Of a DNA stretch of 57,515 nucleotides, positions 17,783 to 26,488 are shown piece by piece. The stretch is from Gammaproteobacteria bacterium (GTDB lineage: Bacteria; Pseudomonadota; Gammaproteobacteria; SZUA-229). Made by a program: the position numbers and the translations under genes. The stretch lies in NCBI GenBank assembly GCA_041592495.1, contig JBFHPZ010000001.1:1-57515 (forward strand). Reading direction: 5' to 3'. Under the pieces are notes generated by a model. It was given only the letters and a program-made list of their open reading frames with translations. It did no database searches and had not been told where the DNA came from. The first letter of the stretch is position 1; each line of letters begins with the position of its first letter.

Positions 17783-18827
17783 AGAACGGAAGCGCCTTGG
17801 TCAGGATCCAGAAATTTATTAGTATCTTTTTGAGGGCGGGTGCGTCTTTCCTTATTGCTAGCAGGCTGTAGTTATTATTGACCCTGTTGGTCCAGTTATA
17901 TTTATAGTCTTCCGAGCCTCGTAGTAAATCGAAAGACGAACATCCTTTTTTCTTCGCCATTTCGACAAGCGACCTGAGAAGGAATTGTCCAGCGCCGTAC
18001 TGGGCGTATTTTTCATCATACGTTGGAACGTAATAATAAAAAATATCATCGTCCATGAATCCAAAATGTGCCGCAACAAGTTTGTTATCAATTTTGATGG
18101 TTGACAGAATTGCATGTGAGCCGAAGCTCGAGTCGTCTAGTATGGCGCGATAAAACTTCTGGGTTTTTTGCGCGTCAAATGCCGAATTAGGAAACGAGAG
18201 GCGATGAATGTCCGAGAATTCCGCCATGTCCTGTGCAGATATCTCGCAGCCTTGTTTGTGCTCAAAAACACAATTATCGGCGATTTTTCTAAACCTGCGT
18301 TTGATATTCGATGCCTTTTTGGGTTCTTCATAAATGCGGGAAAATTCAATTACAGGTGTAATTTCCGCCACTGTTTCGCATCCATAAAGCTCCTTGAGAA
18401 GGAAATGTCTAAATAATGATGCGTTGATATTGGCATCCGACAAATTATCGAATTTGTACACATCCCAGCGGCTTTCCTGCTGTTCCATTAAAAATTGGAT
18501 AACACGCTTGATAATTAATCGGCTGTTGGCCGAAGGATCTATAAGGAAGAGTGAATAATCCGTGGCCCTGTCGATGCCATGGCAGATCGCGTGGAAGGTG
18601 AATGCTTTTATCTTGAACGGCTTAATGCTGAATGGAAATGCACCAATCAGAGTTTTATCATCGTTGTAGACGACGACGACAAGCGGCGGTTGCTCGAACG
18701 TCTGGTAATGGAATAACACCCAGCTATGGTGGATGAAGGGCCCCTCGGATGTTTTGTTGTATAAGGAATTCCAGTCGCTCTTTGTTGCAGCGATCTCTTC
18801 GATAGTTGTTAAGAGTTTAATATGCAT
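17772..18827 (-). CDS. FemAB/CelD(BcsL)-like GNAT-fold acyl- or aminoacyl-transferase
   Basis: N-terminus ...WNSLY...PFIHHSWV and C-terminus ...AGQFLLRSLVEMAKKKGCSSFDLLRGSEDYKYNW, which is a CelD-like pattern. Its 3' end overlaps the convergent deacetylase gene by 11 bp. Confidence 0.65.
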   Translation of the reverse strand: MHIKLLTTIEEIAATKSDWNSLYNKTSEGPFIHHSWVLFHYQTFEQPPLVVVVYNDDKTLIGAFPFSIKPFKIKAFTFHAICHGIDRATDYSLFLIDPSANSRLIIKRVIQFLMEQQESRWDVYKFDNLSDANINASLFRHFLLKELYGCETVAEITPVIEFSRIYEEPKKASNIKRRFRKIADNCVFEHKQGCEISAQDMAEFSDIHRLSFPNSAFDAQKTQKFYRAILDDSSFGSHAILSTIKIDNKLVAAHFGFMDDDIFYYYVPTYDEKYAQYGAGQFLLRSLVEMAKKKGCSSFDLLRGSEDYKYNWTNRVNNNYSLLAIRKDAPALKKILINFWILTKALPFFNH

Positions 18828-18839
18828 TTAACGTTTTTT

Positions 18840-19862
18840 TCAGTGATTGGGTTGACGTAGATAATCAATCCAGGAAATTGATTGTATGAATTCTGCCAAT
18901 GAAGAGGGCATGTTTAACCTTGGAACCTGGTACGACGCATATTTGTCAGCGCTGTGGACAGGTTTATAGTGTAAGGTTTTTGTGGACACGGCGAGTGATA
19001 TACCCTCCTGTTGCAGGTTACGCATTTCTCTTTCCGTGAAATCGCCAGGCCTACCGGTCGGGTAGGCAAAGATAGGAGCGGTTGCAGGAATCCTTTCGCG
19101 CGTCAATGCGATGGAAGTCTTAATTTCATACGCGGCATCTTCATCGCTTAGTTGTGAAAGTATTCTATGTGTGCGGCTATGAGCGCCAATGCAATGCCCT
19201 CTGTTCGTGAGGTCTCTCGCCTGATCCCAGCTCATTGGTTGATACTGGCCTGGTGTGGTGTCGGGCTTTTCAACATGGGTTTGTTGATAGAGTGAATCTA
19301 GTGCATTGTATATATTGGTATTGTCCCGTGACTTCAATAATTGATAAAGCTCATATCGACAATGAGTGCGGGAGGCTGGATCTGCCAGCCTTGTACCGAA
19401 TTCAGATCCGGCAATATTCAGTTTATAGTAACCGTCTGGTGCATGATTCAGTAGGTATCGTAACTGGTCATCCCATGGCCATAGCTTGCCATCCAGGAGA
19501 TCCGTAATCAGGAAGTAGGTTAAGGGTATATCAAATTCTTCAAACAATGGCGCAGCCACTTCATATTGATCAATAAAACCATCATCGATAGTGAATACCA
19601 CCGACTTTTTTGGAGGGAGTTGACCGTTGCTGGAATATTGAGCGAGCTGACCCAGGGTTATCGGGTTATATTTGTGTTTGCGTGCATAAGCCAGGCTTCT
19701 TCGAAGCTCATCTGGCTTTTGGCCGGAAATACCCCGATCAGGTGCATTGAAGCGGTGCATGATAAAAATTGGAACAAACGGACCGGTAAATGCCTGTACC
19801 AGCCCGGTAGGTATCAGTGTTGCTGCTGCGGGAATCAATGGCCTTATTATTCGTTTAGGCAT
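18840..19862 (-). CDS. Polysaccharide deacetylase (NodB homology domain)
   Basis: VVFTIDDGFIDQYEVAAPLFEEFDIPLTYFL and GHCIGAHSRTHRIL are NodB motifs. Confidence 0.8.
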   Translation of the reverse strand: MPKRIIRPLIPAAATLIPTGLVQAFTGPFVPIFIMHRFNAPDRGISGQKPDELRRSLAYARKHKYNPITLGQLAQYSSNGQLPPKKSVVFTIDDGFIDQYEVAAPLFEEFDIPLTYFLITDLLDGKLWPWDDQLRYLLNHAPDGYYKLNIAGSEFGTRLADPASRTHCRYELYQLLKSRDNTNIYNALDSLYQQTHVEKPDTTPGQYQPMSWDQARDLTNRGHCIGAHSRTHRILSQLSDEDAAYEIKTSIALTRERIPATAPIFAYPTGRPGDFTEREMRNLQQEGISLAVSTKTLHYKPVHSADKYASYQVPRLNMPSSLAEFIQSISWIDYLRQPNH

Positions 19863-19867
19863 AAAAG

Positions 19868-20887
19868 TTATCTCAAGCCTTTTAGTTTCATTCTAAATAG
19901 CATGGCCGGGCGCAGCATAACAGAAGGAATGCTGGCCAGTAATCTATGTGAGACTGGGACCCCGGATTTCACCAGGGCGATATCTTTTCTTGCTTCCGTG
20001 CTTCGGCCCAGTGCCAGGTATTCCCTGATTCTTAATAGCCGTTCCTTGTCAATTCTGGATTGATAATCCTGCGAGTGTGCTTGAAGAAAGGTTTCATCCT
20101 TGCCCCATTGGTTTTCAAGAACCCTTATCTGTGCGTTATAGCGTTTCAGGCTCGATGCGTCGGTGAGTCTGGGTATCTCGTAATCGTTCTGCCAGGTAGT
20201 GCTGATGTCGAGGTAGCCCACATCGGCAATTCGGGCCAGTTTGGAACTATACTGCCAACTTTCCTGTAAACGCATGCTGGTGTCGAAATAAATCTGATCT
20301 TTGGCGATCTCACGGCGTACTACCATCGTGCTCGGAAGAACGTGATCAATATTCATTTGCGAGCGGTAAATTGAGCCAATATAGACATCAAAATCACTTA
20401 ATGAAGCCGGTAAATCGGCCATTGTCGAAAATTTGAAACTATCGCCAACTATTTTGTGCCAGTCAGTAATTTCGTGCCCCCAGTTGAAAAGGCAATTACG
20501 GGCAATCTTGCCGTTACTATACCTGGTGGAGAAGTTGCTGAATGTATAAACCAGTTCAGGATGGGCCTGCATAATTGCTTTTCGCAAGTATAAATTTTCC
20601 GGGTCCCACTCATCGTCGTCATCCAGAAATGCAATCAGTGAGTTTTGGCTGGCATCTATTCCGGTGTTCCTGGCTGCGGAAGGTCCGGAATTACTGTTCA
20701 TTCGGATGTACTTAATTTTATCCCCGAACTGTTTCAGGACTTGTTCTGTGTTATCCGGCGAGCAATCATCAACTACAATAACTTCGTCACCATTTTCACA
20801 GCAGTTCAATGCGCTTTGCACCGCCCTGGTTACGATATTGGCGCGATTGTAGGTGCAAATAATTGCTGAAACATTACTTGATTTCAT
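19868..20887 (-). CDS. Glycosyltransferase family 2
   Basis: VSAIICTYNRA...VIVVDDCSPDNT...NSGPSAARNTG...AFLDDDDEW. Start taken at ATG 20887 (MKSSNVSA); the track start 20974 is a GTG further upstream. Confidence 0.85.
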   Translation of the reverse strand: MKSSNVSAIICTYNRANIVTRAVQSALNCCENGDEVIVVDDCSPDNTEQVLKQFGDKIKYIRMNSNSGPSAARNTGIDASQNSLIAFLDDDDEWDPENLYLRKAIMQAHPELVYTFSNFSTRYSNGKIARNCLFNWGHEITDWHKIVGDSFKFSTMADLPASLSDFDVYIGSIYRSQMNIDHVLPSTMVVRREIAKDQIYFDTSMRLQESWQYSSKLARIADVGYLDISTTWQNDYEIPRLTDASSLKRYNAQIRVLENQWGKDETFLQAHSQDYQSRIDKERLLRIREYLALGRSTEARKDIALVKSGVPVSHRLLASIPSVMLRPAMLFRMKLKGLR

Positions 20888-21194
20888 TTGACTTGCGTCC
20901 CTGGACGTAACCTGGCCGGATATAAAAATAGAGTGTGAGCCAGGCGAGGCAGCCAAATAGCAGCGTGTACGCACCCAAGATATACAAAATTATTGAATCG
21001 GAATTAAATCCAAAAAATAGGGTTAATGAGGCTCCAGCCAGGGCAATGTACAGGGATGGCCAGAGGATTAGCCAGTTAATATGAATCTTGTATTGCATTA
21101 GCCTGGCAGACCGGCTAAATAACCATACGCCAGTGCCATAGAGTAAAGTCAGAAATGCGGTTTCGGCCAGAAGAAACAGGATTTTCATTAACAT
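20874..21194 (-). CDS. Small integral membrane protein (106 aa, 3-4 TM)
   Basis: Uniformly hydrophobic. Its ATG overlaps the TAA of the upstream GMC gene (TAATG) and its 3' end overlaps the GT2 start, which suggests translational coupling. Confidence 0.5.
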   Translation of the reverse strand: MLMKILFLLAETAFLTLLYGTGVWLFSRSARLMQYKIHINWLILWPSLYIALAGASLTLFFGFNSDSIILYILGAYTLLFGCLAWLTLYFYIRPGYVQGRKSNEIK

Positions 21195-22777
21195 TATGCA
21201 ACCTGTTCCCTGTCTTTGATGTGATCAGCCAACCTCAAGGCAAGGGCTACAATCGTCAGTGTTGGATTGACATGGCCAGATGTTGGAAATACCGAGCTTC
21301 CGGCTATGTATAAATTCTCGATATCATGAATTTTGCAATCACGATCGACGACGCCCTGGCTTGGAGAGTCGGACATGCGTGTTGTGCCCATATGGTGGGC
21401 AACATCCCGAAAATTATGCGCCCAGTCCGAACGGTTATTTTCCATCCAGTCTTTCATTCTGAAGCGTGAATGATAGTGGCGTGTAAGCTGTTTGGCGATT
21501 AATTGCTGGGATTCGACTGTTGTCTGCTTGTCAATGTCGAGCATGCGCCAGTCGACTTTGGAGCGTCTTAATCCCAGGCCGTCAGTTTCATCGCTAAGCA
21601 TGATGCGACTATCCGGGTTCGGCGCTTGCTCTGTATCCATCGACAATACGGAGATGTTGTTAATAAGTGTATTCGATTCCGGTCGAAGGAAACGTCGCCG
21701 GGTATTCATTATCAACTCATCAATATCGCGTATTACATTAACTGCATTCTGATCCAGGTCTTTTAACGGTTCACCGTTTAAAATGTTTGATGCGATCGCG
21801 GATGCGGAGTGGGTTGCTGATTGATTATTGCCTTCGTAGTAGTAAATCGCACCTGCATTCAGCAGTTTACTTTCCCGTTGCACCTGGTCACTGGTACGGA
21901 TGCCCAATACATAGCTGTCTTTGCGGGATTGATAGGTGTTAAAGGTTTTTTTCAGGTCGTAGGGGTCGCCAAAGTGGACCACGGTAGCCTTGCTACGCAG
22001 GTGCTCCATGAAGTATCGGCCTACCAGGTCGTTACGATTTCCAAGGCCGTTGGGGTGTACATTGTCGGAAAGCAGCAACATTCTCGCATTTTCAATACCA
22101 CCACAGCTGAGTACAAATCGTCTGGCCTTGACGCGTGCCTGGCGCTTTTCAAGTGAGCTGATATTGACGTGGGAAATCGAGTTTCCTTCGGGCGTTGCCT
22201 GTATTCGCGTGACATTCGCATTCAGGATTACATCGATATTGTCGGCGGTGCTGAGCGTATCTTTGTATTTCGGTCCAAACCGGGTTGGTGCGCTGAATTT
22301 CCATACCTGGTTTTCCAACTCGGAAGCATCAAACTTTGATGCGGGTATGCGAAATTGAGTGAAAACGTCATCCGTTGCTGCGAAAATCCCGAGATCACAG
22401 TTTTTCCAGGCTCTTTTGTAATAGGGAGAGAGTTCCTGGAGAGAGATAGGCCAGCCGCTGTTGGGTACCCAGTCACGTTTTTCGAAATCGATAGGATTAA
22501 GGGGAGCGCAACGTCCGTCCCAGTGATTGGTGGTTCCGCCGAAAAATCTGAGGCGTGAAAGTATGCTGTCATCAAGCGGTACGCCAACATTTTCCACGTC
22601 ATAAAGTTGCTGGGTATTTATGTTGAGTCCCATGTCGCCGCTTTCCAGCAGGCAAACCCTCAGTGGAGTGTTCAAAAACTCATTGGCAATACTGATACCT
22701 GCAGCGCCAGCGCCAATAATACACAGGTCGCACTCAATGAGTTGATCATCCGGTATGTCATTCAAATTGCGTATCAT
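21194..22777 (-). CDS. GMC-family FAD-dependent oxidoreductase
   Basis: N-terminal FAD fold CDLCIIGAGAAGISIA and C-terminal HHMGTTRM...YIAGSSVFPTSGHVNPTLT, typical of GMC oxidoreductases. Confidence 0.85.
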   Translation of the reverse strand: MIRNLNDIPDDQLIECDLCIIGAGAAGISIANEFLNTPLRVCLLESGDMGLNINTQQLYDVENVGVPLDDSILSRLRFFGGTTNHWDGRCAPLNPIDFEKRDWVPNSGWPISLQELSPYYKRAWKNCDLGIFAATDDVFTQFRIPASKFDASELENQVWKFSAPTRFGPKYKDTLSTADNIDVILNANVTRIQATPEGNSISHVNISSLEKRQARVKARRFVLSCGGIENARMLLLSDNVHPNGLGNRNDLVGRYFMEHLRSKATVVHFGDPYDLKKTFNTYQSRKDSYVLGIRTSDQVQRESKLLNAGAIYYYEGNNQSATHSASAIASNILNGEPLKDLDQNAVNVIRDIDELIMNTRRRFLRPESNTLINNISVLSMDTEQAPNPDSRIMLSDETDGLGLRRSKVDWRMLDIDKQTTVESQQLIAKQLTRHYHSRFRMKDWMENNRSDWAHNFRDVAHHMGTTRMSDSPSQGVVDRDCKIHDIENLYIAGSSVFPTSGHVNPTLTIVALALRLADHIKDREQVA

Positions 22778-22786
22778 GGATCGTCT

Positions 22787-23185
22787 CTAGGATAGAAGGC
22801 GAAGAGCGCACAATCGGGCTTCAGTGACAGTAATGGGCCAGCCATCGAGAAACAGCACTTTGTCGTTCATCAAATCTTCCTGAAGGCGCGCTGAGATGGA
22901 TGCTCTCAAAGAACTGGAGGAGGCCGGTGCATATGGATCAAGGATTGTGGCCAGCAGCCGGTCAAAGTCATTTTCGGCTGGATGTTGTGCCAGATAAGCC
23001 TGTCCCAGCTTTTTGCTGGCCGGGTTTTCGGGTAATGCCCGCAGGAATTCGCGCATAGCATCAGCCTGAGTTGTTATCGATTTTCTCGAAATAGACTGTG
23101 CAGGTGCGGATTTCAGGAATGTTGAGGACAGTGCAACGAGCTGCAGTGCGATGAGAAATTTTCTTCTGTTGTGATTGATCATCAT
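22787..23185 (-). CDS. Small Tat-signal subunit partner of the GMC oxidoreductase (gluconate 2-dehydrogenase subunit 3-like)
   Basis: MMINHNRRKFLIALQLVALSS has a twin-arginine-like signal. Its size and its position just upstream of a GMC gene match the usual two-gene arrangement. The track start at 23239 is a TTG. Confidence 0.55.
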   Translation of the reverse strand: MMINHNRRKFLIALQLVALSSTFLKSAPAQSISRKSITTQADAMREFLRALPENPASKKLGQAYLAQHPAENDFDRLLATILDPYAPASSSSLRASISARLQEDLMNDKVLFLDGWPITVTEARLCALRLLS

Positions 23186-23414
23186 TGCATGTTCTTGTTT
23201 CAATTCAGATATTGTGGAGTTTAGCGCTGTTGAGGGCAACCGTTTTCTGATTTCGCAACCCTGATTGCTACCTGAGAGTTCCCCGGCCGTTACCGAATAG
23301 GTAAAATTTATACAATATATTGATTATATTAAAAAATAATGTTATCAATGCCGCGTTTATCCCTGACTGCAACTATCCATAACGCTCGACCAGTTGGCCT
23401 GAGATATTTTCATT

Positions 23415-23828
23415 ATGTTCAAAAGAATAACCGAAATAGCGCTGTTGCTGATTCTATCTGTTCTGCTCTTTCCCCTGTATGCACTGGTATCGGCAGCGGT
23501 CGATTTCCTTTTAGGCGGTCTGGCGTTGCAGGATACCCTGAAATTTGAATCCCATCGGGTGTTTTTCGACCAGTTCCTGGCGGCCTGGATGGCTTCATTG
23601 CCGGTATTTACTGTTCTGTTCCTGCTGGTTTACTGGCCGCTGTCCGTTATTCTACGCCGGTTGCGATTCCCCTGTTTCGGGATTTTTCTGACATCTGTCG
23701 TAATTGCAGGCACGGGAATAGGGGTGTTCCTTTACGGCATGGCCCCTGTGCCGCTATTGAGCCTACTGTTAAGTTCGATGTTGCTGGCCGCGGTGCATGC
23801 CGTAGGGTTCTGCCGACGTCTTGATTAA
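23415..23828 (+). CDS. Hypothetical integral membrane protein (137 aa, about 4 TM)
   Basis: Hydrophobic throughout and first gene of a + strand three-gene unit. No named motif. Confidence 0.5.
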   Translation: MFKRITEIALLLILSVLLFPLYALVSAAVDFLLGGLALQDTLKFESHRVFFDQFLAAWMASLPVFTVLFLLVYWPLSVILRRLRFPCFGIFLTSVVIAGTGIGVFLYGMAPVPLLSLLLSSMLLAAVHAVGFCRRLD

Positions 23829-23847
23829 GAATGCCGAGTCTCCGTCA

Positions 23848-25290
23848 ATGAAACGATTAATAACCCTCATTCTGCTCTATACCTTTGCCGCCATGTCCCT
23901 GGCAGACAATCGCGTAGTCCTGTTCGGGGGCGGCCCCATGCCTGAAGATTCGCAGGTATCCATTGAGAAAAATACGCTCTGGATTCTGTCTTATCTTCAA
24001 AGCCAGTTTGCCGCGGAAGATATTGCATTTTATTACACCGATGGGAATGGAGCTTTCCCCGATGTGCGGGCGCCACAGGCACAGCCGGTTTCGCCTGATA
24101 CGGAAATGCTCACCCGAGTATTTCGTAAGGAATCCGAACTGGGAATTGAGTATCGACAGAACCTGTTCGATACCGAGCATGGATCGGCCGCTGCCTATGA
24201 GCTTGTTCCCGCGTTGGACAATGCATTTCAGTCTGTCGCTGCGGGTGACACCCTGACCTTGATTTACCAGGGGCATGGTGGGTACCGCCCCGCTAATACC
24301 CTGGATAATTATTTCAGATTGTGGAACGGAACCGAGCTCACGGTGACCGATATGGCTTCCTTGATGTCCCGGGCCGATGCCAATGCCCGCATCCGCTTTC
24401 TCTTTCCGCAGTGTTTTTCCGGGGCTTTCTCCCGGGTGATTTACAAGAACGCTGATTCTAAGCAGGGGTTATCCGAAAACACACGTTGCGGTTTTCTGGC
24501 GCAACCGGAATATCTGGAATCGGAAGGCTGTACAGACAGTGTCTATACAGGCGATTATCGGGACTATTCCTCTTATTTTTTCAGCGCTCTCAGTGGCAAT
24601 ACCATTGGCGGGCAGCCAATTCCGGGCCAGCCTGATCTGAATTCAGATGGGACTATTACCCTGCGTGAGGCGCACCTGTATACCCTGGAACATGCACGTA
24701 GTATTGATTATTCACGCTCGACCAGTGAAGACTACCTGGAAAACTGGCAGCCCTGGTACCTGAAATGGGCGCCGTCTTCCCATGCGGTGGACAACGAGTA
24801 TGCTGCTTTAGCACGACGCTTGTTATCTGATCTGGGTTATACCGGCGAGTGGCGGCAAGTATCGCCGCAGCTCTGGAAGGATATTCGTGATCTGGAAAAG
24901 CTTGCCTCCGACGACAAGCAGAAACTTGACGCACTTAATACAAAAATCAGGAAGCTTCAAAATCGCATTCAGTTGCCCCTGTTGCTGGAATGGCCCTATC
25001 TAAAAAACCCCTACGGGGAGACGTACCTGCGGAATATTGTCAAAGACCTTCCGAGTATGTATTCCCGGCTCGAACAAGACCCGGCATACCAGGAGTTGCA
25101 GGCGTTACAGCAAGAATACGAACAACTTGAAATCACGGAACTGGAGCATCGACGTAACCTGACCCAGCGTCGCAAGGTAATCCGTTTCTACAAATTGGCG
25201 AACCTCCTGGACCAGTTTGGGCGTCATGGTAGCGAGCAGGAACAACAGGATTACCAACGGCTTCTCAGCTGTGAAGATTCTGTCTTGTAA
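23848..25290 (+). CDS. Secreted protein with a legumain/clan-CD-like (peptidase C13-type) His...Cys core and a C-terminal coiled coil
   Basis: Signal peptide MKRLITLILLYTFAAMSLA. A beta-strand VVLFGGG is followed by TLIYQGHGGY (His codon 24274-24276) and, 46 aa later, RFLFPQCFSGAF (Cys codon 24412-24414). That is the order and spacing expected of caspase-fold cysteine peptidases. The gene is confident; the family call is motif-level only. Confidence 0.5.
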   Translation: MKRLITLILLYTFAAMSLADNRVVLFGGGPMPEDSQVSIEKNTLWILSYLQSQFAAEDIAFYYTDGNGAFPDVRAPQAQPVSPDTEMLTRVFRKESELGIEYRQNLFDTEHGSAAAYELVPALDNAFQSVAAGDTLTLIYQGHGGYRPANTLDNYFRLWNGTELTVTDMASLMSRADANARIRFLFPQCFSGAFSRVIYKNADSKQGLSENTRCGFLAQPEYLESEGCTDSVYTGDYRDYSSYFFSALSGNTIGGQPIPGQPDLNSDGTITLREAHLYTLEHARSIDYSRSTSEDYLENWQPWYLKWAPSSHAVDNEYAALARRLLSDLGYTGEWRQVSPQLWKDIRDLEKLASDDKQKLDALNTKIRKLQNRIQLPLLLEWPYLKNPYGETYLRNIVKDLPSMYSRLEQDPAYQELQALQQEYEQLEITELEHRRNLTQRRKVIRFYKLANLLDQFGRHGSEQEQQDYQRLLSCEDSVL

Positions 25291-25331
25291 ACCGATAAGA
25301 ACATCAACGTACATCATTACTGGGCATTAGC

Positions 25332-26483
25332 TTGGATATTTCACTGCATTTTGGATTATCGGGGCTGCTGGAGCTTCAGCAGTCCTGGCAAACGCTGGAA
25401 AGCAAAATCAATCGGCCGAATCATTCGCATTCGTTTGCCTGGTGGCAGGCTTATCTCGAGGAGCTGGCCAGCCAGCCTGATGAATTCTGCTTCATTTCGG
25501 TGCGGCAGGATGGCGAGACTATTGCGATTTGTCCATTTGTAACGCAGGTGCATAGGCGGTTTGGACTGTTCAGCGCCCGGGTACTGGCCTCTGTGCATGA
25601 CCCTAATTTCCTGTTTCCCGATATCATGGTTGTACCGCAGCACCAGCGGCCGGACTTTCTGCCGGAACTGGCAAAGCGTCTATCCCGTCTATTGAAGTGG
25701 GATATGTTGGTGATTGGCGGGGTCATGGGTGTACTGGAGACTTCGCACGCCGTTGCCTGCCTGCCCAAGCTGTCGCAACCGCGGCTGTTTCGCGAGAATG
25801 AAATCGGCTGTTTTGATGTACCTATGGATGATTACGAGGCTTACCAGCAACGCCTTTCGCGCAAGGATCGGGCTAACCTGCGTCGCACAACCAAGAAAAT
25901 CGAAGCGTATGACGATTGTTTACATCAGTCTGTCATGGAGCCAGAGAAGATACCGCAGGCCCTGCAAACATTTCTGGATGTTGAAGCGGCCGGCTGGAAA
26001 GGCGCGGGTGGCGAGGGTACCGCCATCAAGGTCAATCCGGAGATGACACGCTTTTATGAAAAGCTGGCCGCGGCCTACGCTGCATCCGGCCAATGCCAGG
26101 TCAACCTGTTGTCAGTGGAAGGCAACACCATCGCCGGACAGTTTGCATTCCAGTTGGGCGATACCCTGTACATGAACAAAATCGGGTTTAACCCGGATTA
26201 TTCCGGGCTTAATCCAGGTAACGTGCTCATGGGCAAGCAATTCGAACGTTATTGTGCGGATCCTGGCATTGCCCGCGTCAACCTGATGAGCAGTGCGCAT
26301 CATCTCAAGAAGTGGGCCCCTGACCTGGAACCCAGCTATCGCTACTATTTATGCAACACGACCCTCGCCGGTCTCGCAATTACAGCGTTTTTCCGGCTAA
26401 AACCCTGGTTAAGAAAGGCGAAAGCGCGATTGCATGAGATGAAGAAGAAAGACCCGGCGGCAACGACCGGCGAGGTCTCCTGA
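25332..26483 (+). CDS. FemAB/CelD(BcsL)-like GNAT-fold transferase
   Basis: ...FAWWQAYLE... and LDVEAAGWKGAGGEGTAI...GNTIAGQFAFQLGDTLYMNKIGFNPDYSGLNPGNVLM form a CelD-like pattern. It has a TTG start and no early in-frame ATG. Confidence 0.65.
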   Translation: MDISLHFGLSGLLELQQSWQTLESKINRPNHSHSFAWWQAYLEELASQPDEFCFISVRQDGETIAICPFVTQVHRRFGLFSARVLASVHDPNFLFPDIMVVPQHQRPDFLPELAKRLSRLLKWDMLVIGGVMGVLETSHAVACLPKLSQPRLFRENEIGCFDVPMDDYEAYQQRLSRKDRANLRRTTKKIEAYDDCLHQSVMEPEKIPQALQTFLDVEAAGWKGAGGEGTAIKVNPEMTRFYEKLAAAYAASGQCQVNLLSVEGNTIAGQFAFQLGDTLYMNKIGFNPDYSGLNPGNVLMGKQFERYCADPGIARVNLMSSAHHLKKWAPDLEPSYRYYLCNTTLAGLAITAFFRLKPWLRKAKARLHEMKKKDPAATTGEVS

Positions 26484-26488
26484 TTCCG

